From NCBI RefSeq assembly GCF_025526975.1, contig NW_026515679.1, positions 62,001 to 126,000 on the forward strand: a stretch of DNA of 64,000 bases, written 5' to 3'. Numbering within the stretch: the first letter of the stretch is position 1; every line of letters begins with the position of its first letter. The notes beneath the pieces were generated by a model, which was not told the origin of the DNA, searched no databases, and was given only the letters and a program-made list of their open reading frames with translations. Position numbers and translations under genes: made by a program. The DNA is from Fimicolochytrium jonesii (lineage: Eukaryota). Positions 38,275 through 48,412 of the stretch are shown in pieces.

Positions 38275-38493
38275 CGGACCCCTTTTCCGGATAAAGAGGC
38301 CAGAAGTCCTGAAGCGGACGTCTTGACGTCGACAAGAGAGCACAACGATGGTCTGCTTGGTCTCTGTGCTTCTTAGAACGCGTCCGAATCTGTCCGAAAG
38401 GCCCTCATGACTCAGCGCTCACATACAGTACGTACGTGATCTTGTAAAATTGTCTGTGAAATGGACTTTGAAATGGTGGAGGAACTACTTATA

Positions 38494-40556
38494 GATCAGG
38501 ACACCATAGTTAACGCGAATTGACGGGCGTGCACCCGCGTCGCCCCATAGAGCCAAGAAACTGGTTGACAATATTTTCCAGCGGAATTGCCGGTTTCTTT
38601 TTTCCACAAGTTTCCTTTGTCAAACACACAGACTATCATAACAAAGTAAGAGTGTCAAGTCCGGTTCCGACAATCTGTCTATTCAGTAGAAAAAAAATCA
38701 ATGCAAAATGTTGCCTATTCATCCCCCATCATGCCTTCTTCCTCAATCCACGCCTCAATCTCAGCATCCGCCGAGACCTCCACATCACTGTCACCATCCT
38801 CTCAGTCAATAACCAGTGATGTTGGCGTAGAAGCGGCCAGTTGATCATTCAAAACAACATGCTTCTTCTGGATATACCAGTCTTCCCATCTCACGGCCTT
38901 TGCAACCTTCCGTTTCCATGACTCCACGGAAACCTGGTCAAATCCTCGAAGCACCAGTTCCCTAACCTTCTTGAAGTTGCTCCCGTCGTTGTTCTGCGCC
39001 ACCCAATTCTTCACATGTCCCAATGCAAGCTCAATCGGGTTCAGCTCACAGTGATAAGGGGGAAGCCAAAGAATGCGGTGTCCGTATCTCGCAGCGATGA
39101 GTTCACACTTGATGCGGGGATTGTAGCCTCTCTTGGTTGCCATAGCCTGCATCGATGCCACTGTTGCCCATTTCCATCCAAGACCTGTCTTTTTACTGAT
39201 CCGCTTCAACGGGACCTGCAGCTCTTTTTCATCCACGCCATACTTCTCCTTCAACATGGTCATCAGTTCTTCTGCCTTCATGCTGTTAAGGCGGGGCTCA
39301 TCCAAACCGCGGTGGTAGGAAGCGTTGTCCATCATAAAAACTGCTTTGCGCAAAAGTTTGTTGGTGCAATGATCACATAGCGCCTCAAAATATCTGTAGA
39401 TGAGAAGAGTCAATAATTGCATTGTGTATGTGTGTATCATGTCATACCTTTCAAAATTCTCACAGTTCATGTTGTCATTGTAATCTCCTTCTGACTGAGT
39501 GGCGGCAAAGACGACGGGTTCTCCAACCCACCCATCAGGGCCTCCCGCATGCACAATGATGAGTCTTGGTCCTTTGTTCCCTCTCTTCACTATTGTAGTT
39601 GCGTCCACCAACCACGTCTTCCGCTGGACATGGTGCTGATTGCAGTATGTTTCATCTAGCCACACCCCCATCTTGCCAGTTGGATTGGTACGCATCTCCA
39701 TCCTCGCTCGCAAATACTCTGAGCGCTTACGGTGAATCTCGAGGGTTTTGGTGTATGACTGACCGGCTGAAGCGTTGGCCCAGCTAAAGCCAAGCCCTTT
39801 AAGGATACGGTTGATAGACTTTCTTGATATGTTGACCTTCCACAGCTCAACCATACGCTGGCGCACAATGTTTAACGAGACTGGGGAGCCTCCAGCGTTG
39901 AGAGTATGAACCAGCTCTCGGATATCAATTTTCATGGCACGGTGGTTCAGTCGGAGACGTTCGTACTTTCCCCTCTTGTCAACGGACTTCTCAAAGGTTT
40001 GGGTTTGACGGTACTCCTTGCAAAGCGCTGTGACGGTCTTGTTGCCAACTCCACAGGCCTCTGCCGTTCTGCCACGTGCGTCAAGTGCAGCTGGGTTGCC
40101 GGGATAGTTGTCTGCGTGAAGGTAAAGGAATCTCGCCATTCTGACAACCATATATTTTTCCTCTATGGTCAAGGGCTTCCCACGAGAGCGAGAGGGAACA
40201 GGAGGGAACAGGTCTGTGGTTGGGTTGGCGGTGTTGCTGAATCTAGGTGAGCAGCGCAGCGGAGTTAACTGGGTGGCCGGTGTTGACTGGGTGGCCGGTG
40301 CAGACTTGTTTGTAGGTGTTGAGGGTGGTGCACCACATCTAGTCCAGCGCGGGGAGGCCATTGGCACACTCAGGAGGGGCCTGTGATGGGCCAGGAGGTC
40401 TCAGTGTGCTGTGGGGAGTCAGTTTGGGACTCGCAATGGCGCAATGGCAATGGCGCAATAGCAATGGCGTCGGAGTGAGGAACAGGTGTATTTGTCGCGT
40501 GAACCTGCGGGCGTTTCTGTGCGCGCATACGTTGCGTTAACTATGGTGTCCTGATC
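38494..40556 (-). mobile_element. IS630-Tc1-mariner DNA transposon (Sailor/DD82E-like, here DD98E), 2063 bp, 23-bp perfect TIRs
   Basis: TIR GATCAGGACACCATAGTTAACGC at 38494-38516 and its reverse complement at 40534-40556 enclose a transposase ORF. Left flank is TATA. Confidence 0.92.
38802..40361 (-). CDS. DDE transposase (IS630/Tc1 type) with a probable 54-nt intron
   Basis: HTH-like TAEACGVGNKTV and ISRKSINRILKGLGF; VWLDETY (D1), RLIIVHAG, MMDNASYH (D2), LPPYHCELNPIE (E). GT-AG intron at 39394-39447. Confidence 0.9.
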   Translation of the reverse strand: MASPRWTRCGAPPSTPTNKSAPATQSTPATQLTPLRCSPRFSNTANPTTDLFPPVPSRSRGKPLTIEEKYMVVRMARFLYLHADNYPGNPAALDARGRTAEACGVGNKTVTALCKEYRQTQTFEKSVDKRGKYERLRLNHRAMKIDIRELVHTLNAGGSPVSLNIVRQRMVELWKVNISRKSINRILKGLGFSWANASAGQSYTKTLEIHRKRSEYLRARMEMRTNPTGKMGVWLDETYCNQHHVQRKTWLVDATTIVKRGNKGPRLIIVHAGGPDGWVGEPVVFAATQSEGDYNDNMNCENFERYDMIHTYTMQLLTLLIYRYFEALCDHCTNKLLRKAVFMMDNASYHRGLDEPRLNSMKAEELMTMLKEKYGVDEKELQVPLKRISKKTGLGWKWATVASMQAMATKRGYNPRIKCELIAARYGHRILWLPPYHCELNPIELALGHVKNWVAQNNDGSNFKKVRELVLRGFDQVSVESWKRKVAKAVRWEDWYIQKKHVVLNDQLAASTPTSLVID

Positions 40557-40811
40557 TTCTTTTTTTTTAGGAAGTAAGAACGGAATCCCAGTGAAGAAGA
40601 GTCACCGTCAGTCAGATGGGGCGCGCGTGGCGGCCGCTGAGCCCTGCCCGTTTCCCCGGAGCGGGACGCCATGCAACGCGCGTAGAGCTCTGTCTGCTTT
40701 GCAGCCATAGAACAAAGTTAAGCTTACTTCTGCAAATTCGAAGGTATATGCTAATCTTTCCCCTCGGGCTCGCTCGGCGGGCCTGTTTGTGCGCACAGGC
40801 ACCACGGCAAA

Positions 40812-41951
40812 ATGCAGCGCAGAAAGTCTGATCCAAGCAATGAGGCTCATCATCCAGGTGACACGACTCCACCCGATTCCTTCAACAAGGCCACGTTCGG
40901 ATCGGGAGTTTCCTCGGTGCTTGAGAGTTTCGTGCTTGCCCCGTCTTCGTTCGAAAACCGAGCGACCGCAAGTCGGTCCGTAGAGGACGAGGAAACTCAA
41001 GAGCTGGACCTGGAAGCTGGAGTCTCGATTATTTCGTCATCGGAGGAGTGGGTAGCCTCCGACAACAATATCACACATGATACCCGGCCGGATGGCCTCC
41101 GAAGGCGGATTTCAATGGGGACTCCTTCGTCGACTGCGTTCTCGCCCATTGGATCCGGTGACTCTCGGTCCCCAAAACGCCGAGGTCGACCGGTTGTAGC
41201 TGCACAGAAGTTCAGGAAGAAGGTCGTCAAAATCAGTGCCGAGTCGAGCAAGAGGGGAGTGAGAGCGGCTGGGAGCATTCTTCAAGATTTTCGACATTTC
41301 ATTCTTAGAGGCGGAGTGATCGATGTGTGCATCGGCTTCATAATAGGCGGCGCGTGAGTTTGACTGGGGCGGCACATCTGTTAAAAGATCACGTACGTGT
41401 ATTAAGGAAGCTCATCGAGAACAGGTTTACAACTATCATGACTAGCTTCACGCAAGACATTATTGGCCCCGTTGTTGGCCTTGCGTTAGGTTCAAACCTG
41501 CAGAATGCGTTTGTGATGCTAAGATATCCCGACTGCGCCGGGCAGAATGGAACCGACTGCTCGTCGCTGAAAACACCATCTCAAGTCTATGCCGGTATGT
41601 AGAATGGTCCATCTCCCTCGATTTTCTGTGACTGATGATAGTTTCGCAGCCGGCGGTGTTACTTGGAACTACGGAAACTTTTTCCAAACGCTTTTCAACT
41701 TCTTGCTTACGGCGTGGATACTGTTTTTTATGGTCAAGGTCTATTCGGCGGCCAGTAAACAGTTTACCGATCATAAGTCCAAAAAGGATCTCGAAAGGCT
41801 TTGTCCTTACTGTTTAAAAAAGGTGCCACTTCTAGCGACACGATGTTACCAGTGCACCTCCGATTTGCCGCCGCTGGACTTTCCTTCGACCTCAAAGGCG
41901 GCGCTCGGATCAAATAGAACACTGAAATCAGCATCATGCAGCAAATCGTGA
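40812..41951 (+). CDS. mscL: Large-conductance mechanosensitive channel (MscL) homologue with N-terminal extension and C-terminal zinc ribbon; 2 introns
   Basis: DFRHFILRGGVIDVCIGFIIGGAFTTIMTSFTQDIIGP (TM1), YGNFFQTLFNFLLTAWILFFMVK (TM2), CPYC..VPLLATRCYQCTS. Introns 41354-41424 and 41595-41649 restore the frame. Confidence 0.9.
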
Positions 41952-42053
41952 CCCACACGCCAGGAATATTTTTATTTTGCTACAAATGCTATGGAGTATC
42001 CTATTTCTGTCCAAAACTTTATCCAAAATTGTGAGGGAATCCATGCCAAGGGC

Positions 42054-45000
42054 TCAGGGGAACTTGCAAATCGTGGCCCGGGCGGTATCTGCGATGACGT
42101 CGTCCCACAAGTCATCGATCAGCTCCTCCCACACTTGTAGCTGCCACCGCTCTTCTTCCCAGTCGCCATCGGCGTTTTTGATACTTGTGATAAGAAGCGC
42201 GTCCAGGTTCTCTCCAAACCTTTCGGAATATTCCGCCCATTGCGCCACTTTCCGGCAAGTCTCTGTGATGAGTTGGTGCCTTCCCGGGCCACTCCCACGC
42301 CGACTGGTTAAGCTGGTCTGCAGGTCGTCGTATGCGAGGGGAAGGGCCTCGTTGATGGCGTCCAAAAGGATGGTTCGTCGATCATCACTGATCTTAGACG
42401 TCCATTGTTCGCATGTCTCCGAGGGCATGACTTTGGGGAGACTTCCCATTGATGTGAACGTGTCCAGATGTGGTAGGGATGCCTCTAGAACCGCTCGAGT
42501 GTAGTCCGAGGCGACGGACGACATGTCCTGGTATTGAACTTCCACGTCTGGTCCGTCGGACGCGTGCCGGCAGCGCAGATATAAATGGCACATCTGGCGC
42601 ACGGAGTCCCTCATAAGATCGTTTGATATCAGGTGTGTCAGCGCGGTTGACACGTCGACGTCCTCCGGTCCGTTGACCGTGTTGTTGTACCACGATAAAA
42701 TTTCTTCCCGGTTGGGAATGTTCCGTTCCTCAACGCAGATGTTGACCAATGCGTCATGCAAGAGACTGGCAAAGATAATTCCAATAAACGCGCGCGCGCT
42801 CTTTTGCCGCGTGGCCTCTTCGGGTAAGTCGGGTGCGCTAGGCGCCTCAATCGGAACATCTTCGAAGTCATCGGGTTCCTCATCTGCCCAATCCCCAAGC
42901 TCCGGGACATACAGGGGGGTCAAGGTTTTCGGTTGACCCGGTGCGACATCGTGTGATGCCTCGTCATTGGTAGATTTGAAGGGATCCGATGATCCCTTCG
43001 CTTTGTCGTGGGGTGTGTAAAGCGCGTCCAGGTTGCCCTGAGTTCCCGGGTGAGAGTGGTCCCCCTCATGGTGCTCAGTGACAAGTCCAACTTCATTGTC
43101 GGCTTCGACTAACGGAGCAAAAGTAGCGAGAGGTTGCGCTTCCTCTGAAGCCTGCGACGTTGTCGAGAGATGAGTACAATGTAAACTAGCGCAAATATGC
43201 CTATAGCACACTTACCGCATCCCTGTCGTGAACTTTATCCATGAAACCCGTGTTGGCCTCTGCATCTTCGTTGCCTGCCGCGGCCAATGTACTTGTGAGG
43301 TGCGTTTCTACCAATGCCTACGACGTTGGCAAAATGTTTAGCAAGGGTGATCTGGCGGGATACGGCAACATCGTACTTACCACGTTCCGGGCATCCTCCT
43401 GCCCAGCAATGCTGTCGCTTGCGATGTCTTCCATTGTCATTTGTTCGTCGAACGGAGCGGCGGATTCCTCCTCGCACACTGATGTAGATGAGACGTCCTC
43501 CTCTGCGAGTCTTTCATGAGACGGCGCGGCAGACGCGTCACCGCCCACCGATGGAGATACAACGTCTTCCATTGTAAATTCGGTCAACGGCACGGCGGAT
43601 TCCCCATTGCACACCGATGTACATGCGACCTCTCCCACAGCGATTATCTCGTTGTTAGGCGCGGCTAATGCTTCATTGTACACCGATGTCGCCTCAACCC
43701 GAGAAGCAGCTGATCTTCTCTGCGCCAACGCTTCTTTGGCCGCCTGCGGGGTTCGTAACGCGACGATCAGAATATAATGTGGCGCGATGACTGTCACTGA
43801 AATGCTTACAGCTATGTCTTCAAAATACTCGGAATGAACTGCCCTTTTCATCTTTTGAAGGAGCGCTTTTCTCTCCTCATAAAGTGTCACCTCGTTGCGT
43901 TCCTACAAACAATCAGGTCGGTTATGAGGCGACCGTGGGGATCAAAGGGCATTTGCGGAAAGCTTACAATCCGTTCAAAGGCACGACGAGAAAGGCGACC
44001 TCTGAGGTCCAGGAGTTTCTCTCGGAGTGTTTTCTCGAGAGTTGCCTCTTCGCCGCAGAGGTGTACGAGTTCTTCTTCGAAAGCCTGTCGTATCTGCATT
44101 TGAAAGAAATGGAAAGTTTGAGTTTGTCTGCTCCCTACCGTGGTTGTTTGCTAAAACCCCTACCTCATCTAGCCATTTTTCGATGGCAACTAAAGGCATG
44201 GCCGCCAGATCTGCTCGGGGAACAGGAACGTTATCAGGAGCCTCCAGTTCCACCGTCACCACCGAAGGAACGACCGAAGGAACGACCGAAGGAACGACCG
44301 AAGGAGCTTCCGAAGGAGCGGTTGAAAGAACGGCCGAAGGCACGACCGCAGGCACGACCGGAGGAGCGACCGAAGGAGCGACCGAAGGAGCGACCGAAGG
44401 AGTGACCAAAGGAGCGACCGGAGGGACGAACGGAGGGTCGGCCGAGGGGACGACCGAAGGGACGACCGAAGGCACGGCCGAGGGGACAACCAAAGGGACG
44501 GCCGAAGAGACGGCCGAAGGAACGATCGGAGGAACGATCGAAGGAGCGACCAGAGGAGCGACCGGAGGGACGAACGGAGGGTCGGCCGAGGGGACGACCG
44601 AAGGGACGGCCAAAGAGACGGCCGAAGGAACGACCGAAGGGACAATCGAAGGCGCGTCTGCGGCGGATGGTGCCGAAACGAAAAGAGCAGAGACCGAAGC
44701 CAGGCCGCTTGCCGAGGCAATGTAGGGAGACTCCTGTTCCGGCGCTTGCGGTAGAACTGCCGGTTCCCGAGCGGACATTCGGATTCTGTTTAGCTCTACG
44801 ACATGGAGCTCTGCCAGCTGCACAGCCTCCAGGGCGTTCAGCTCTGCAGTCAACTTTCTCGCTAAAGCCTGCGGGGACAGGCGCCCGCCCCAATCGGGGA
44901 AGGGGCTGCAAGCGTGCGGAGGCTCTTGCTCTGGCTCATCGCAAGTATCCCTGTAGCCCACCGCACCTTGCGGCACCGGTGGAGGTGAGTAAGGGTATTC

Positions 45001-46510
45001 GGCAATCGCCAATGGTGAGGTGCTGACTTCCATCGTTTGTGGTATGTCCGTCTGGCAAACCGCGTTTGACCATTCGATGATTGACAACGGTGAAGTTTCG
45101 GCTTCGATCGTCACCGGTAGGTCGGTCTGACATACGGCATTCGACCAACTTTTCTTCACGTCGCCGTCCGTCTGAGCTGCGGTCCGGGTGTAAATGTTGA
45201 CGGTACTCAGGGAGTCCGGTATGTGCTGCGGGTCCTTTAGATGGATAAGGACCGGCAATCGTGTTTGAGGGACCACTGGCGTAGTTACAGGCAGTGCGTC
45301 CGAAAGCTGTAACACGTCTGCCTCAAAAGACGTATCCGACGATGTAAGTTCGTCTTCCGTAGAGGGAGCGGCATCTTTCGAGAGGCGGCCTTGGAGGGAT
45401 CGCGCGGATGCAATGACCGCATCTAAATCCACCGGACGAACGTCCTCAGCCGATACGCGGTATGCTTCCTCTCCCTCACAAGCCAGAGCGAAGATGCTTT
45501 GGTTCCCAATCGGGGTGGGTGGCGTTCGGAGAGTCGGTGGATGGGGAGGAACCTCCTTCTCGACCGTCCTCGTGATCCCATCACCGTCCTGAGCCGCTGA
45601 CGACTCGATCCTCCGCTGTCTTCCTTTCTTCGGGCTATGGCTCCGAGAGCGCGATCTGCCCGAGTCAACACCACCCGTCCGACGCTGCATTCGGCGAAAC
45701 TCGTTCAAGGCCTGCAGACGAGCCGCGACCTCTTTCGCTTGAGCTGTAGCGACAGCGATTTGCTTTTTTCGCAGCTCCTTGCGTTCTTCAGCCTTTTCCT
45801 GAATGAAGGCTTTGATTTCGTCGGCTCCCGCTTTGTTGGAGGTCGGGGGGCGTTGCGTAGTGCCTGGGAGTCCGCTAGGGGCAGGTGCCTCGGCTGCGGC
45901 CTTCCGTGCTTTAGGCGACCTGACGTTCTTCTCGGGCTTTTCGTAGTGAATTGCCTGACCTTGCACCCTTGTCAGGCCCTTGCGAGGTTCGGCAGGTTGC
46001 TGCACGTTGGCAGCCGGTGCATGTTGAACAGGGACCAAGGGAACCCGGGTCGCAGGTTTCAATCGGTCGCTGCGGCGCATCGCTTTTATCACTGACGTAG
46101 CAGGAACTCCGTAAAGGTTGCCTGAGTGTGATATCTACCTCTCTAACGGTAGACTTCGTGGTGGACTCGGACAGCCGGGCCATCGGGTCGAGGCTTTCCC
46201 AGCGTTCTTTTATTGGGGCCGAACGAGAAACGAGGCGTTCCCGACGAGCTAACCTGTAGCTCACGGCGAGACGCGTGAGGGCTGAGGCCGCCAAACGGAG
46301 GTACAGTACAGTATGCTTCGGACACTTTCCAGAGTTGCTCCCATGTGCGTTTGGAACTGACAGAAAGCGACAGTGGGAATATTGATGCTGAAGGAAGCGA
46401 ACATCAGCGCCCACTTGGATGTCTCCGTTGACGATTGGCCGTTGACCAGCATAGGTGGTATACTGTAGATTGTTGGACAGCTGTGGTCGGGGCAGGTGCA
46501 AAGACGCCAT
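42054..46510 (-). CDS. CEP350-like centriolar/basal-body coiled-coil protein, multi-exon
   Basis: RLSPQALARKLTAELNALEAV..VELNRIR, IRQAFEEEL..LREKL and a C-terminal DUF4378-like LLDAINEAL...DW..E...LWDDVIADT resemble conserved CEP350 blocks. ATG at 46510. Confidence 0.65.
44261..44652. repeat. Coding minisatellite, 12-bp unit (ACCGAAGGAACG-like), ~30 copies, encoding PSVV/PSAV
   Basis: Visible tandem array with a higher-order duplication (GGAGCGACCGGAGGGACGAACGGAGGGTCGGCCGAGGGGACGACCGAAGGGACG occurs twice). Confidence 0.95.
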
Positions 46511-48412
46511 TCGCTTCCTTTCTGGACACAATGAAGTGTGGATGTATTGTTTTACTTGTTAAGATAGCAATATTTGCGTAAGCTGTGTTGGCCACCATCC
46601 TTACAGTACGCTGCCAAAACCTTTCCTTAGGGTGCTTTTCATAAGGGCCGGGTCATCTCCGGGTGTGACTTAATCGCGACGGCAAGGGACTTGCGCTGGC
46701 CACGTAAGCATCCTGCGCCCGATAGATGCCACACCGTGCCATTGACGCTCCGTACTATAAGCGCTCAGTGGGGGCAGCCTCTGGCGAACGGGACTTGGAG
46801 ATTTTTGGTCCAACCGTAATACACAAAAAACAGGGCCCATTATTGACCCACGTTCCCTCTGACGTTACACTTCTTTTCCTGTTCTGATAGCAGTTCTATG
46901 ACGTTCACAAGAGTGATTTGCCCCTCAAATACCCTCAGCACACTGACATGATACTTGAAATTCGCTGCCAGAGTCTGAGCAGACAGATAATCTGTCCAGC
47001 CATCCCCAACCTCGGCTCCGCTAAAACGGAAGACGTTGTTGCGGAAGATGAAGGTGGCACCAGAGGCGGGTGCATTTGGTACCAGGGTGTTCAGGGAATT
47101 GGTTCCCGCTGATCATGGTGGGCTTGAGCTTTTGGATGTAGGTGTTCCAAAAAATTTCTGAAGATCCTGTTGCCATCCGTTGCAAGGATGCGACAGGCGT
47201 CAAGGCACATAATGAAAGCGACTTCTGATATAAGTGATCTGCATTTGGTGGCATGACTAAAGGGTTGCCTGTTCTGAGAGTTCAGAGAGTTCCCGGGTCT
47301 CGCTTCTCGGATAGATGGCGAGTCAATGCCAGACACAGAAAACCGTGTCTGACAAGAACTATGGTCTTGATGGTGCCGTCCCAATCGGGGAGTCGAATGA
47401 AGTTTTTCAACCAACCCACAGGTCACATTATGGAATATCCGACCATTACTTAGAAAGGCAAACGAAACGAGAGAGAGTGCCAGTGCGTGAAGAGATGAAC
47501 GGAATTGAGAGCGGCTGAGCTTGAGGGGCGGCGGTGCTCAATGGTAATGGGCTGATGGGCGGGCGCCATCGCAAGCGACAGGTGGGATGGGGTGGAGCTG
47601 TCGAAAATTGATGTGGATAGAGGGGCTAGAGAGAGGCGAGGCGCAGACGTTGAAGCGAAGGTGTATGGGTCGTGGAAATAAAAGCAATGGTGTGGGAATG
47701 ATTGAAACTCTGAGCTCTTGGGCTGGCAGAATGGAGTGGTGGAAGACTGGTTTCGGCGCTCTGTTCCCCTAACAGCACACGTAGGCGGGTAGATGAATAA
47801 TCGGCACTTGCCCAGACTCCACCCATCGCAACTCTCACGAAACTAATCTCCAAACAGCCTGAACCTGCATAGCCACAATAACCGGTGAAGATGTGTGACA
47901 CCGGCTGGGACGTGCGAAGCATGAAGGGCCCTTTTGAGAGGTGCGGGGGGCCAACGGAACGTGGGCGGAGATGTCCGAACGCAATATCGACAGCGCGGTG
48001 TGGACATAACACGAAGGAGCATAAGTGAGGGACTTAGATTCGTTGAAATAATTAAGTCTTATTGAGTGTTGTCTGCTCCCTCTCTCTGGGAATTCATCTC
48101 GGGTCTCCAAAAAACTGGCCAGAGCCCGACGTTTCTTTCCCATTCCCAACCGCCGCGGTTCCTCCTCCGCCAGCTTTTCCACCGGCTGCCTTAACTCAGG
48201 AAGTGTGTAGTAACTGCTCCGTCCTCGGTCCACTTGCCGGTCGCGAGTGCCTTTACGCGGGGCAAGTTTACGGTTTCTTGAGCGGCCCTGGGATCCCAGA
48301 CTTTTTGGCCTAGACAGTTACCGTTGGCTTTTCTGAAAACGTCGTAACAGGGTCGGCGTACCCGCGCTCGTGTCGGCTTGGGGGTTTACAACTGTACCTT
48401 CATAGGCTCCTC

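Noticed and set aside
38492..40558. Reading the transposon as CAG-ended with an AT duplication, or AGG-ended with a GATC duplication
   Set aside because: Formally possible because the terminal GATC is palindromic, but GA termini with a TATA flank fit this transposase type better. One copy cannot settle it.
40812..41951. Bacterial contamination or very recent HGT of mscL
   Set aside because: It has two canonical spliceosomal introns and is embedded among eukaryotic genes of similar composition.
44261..44652. Possible CRISPR-like array
   Set aside because: Contiguous 12-bp units with no unique spacers, inside a eukaryotic exon, and no cas genes.
43884..44911. Several long overlapping ORFs on both strands (ERPK-, TTEG-, RSFG-, RSLL-repeat proteins)
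   Set aside because: Artefacts of the stop-free 12-bp minisatellite. Only the PSVV frame is continuous with the conserved flanking blocks.
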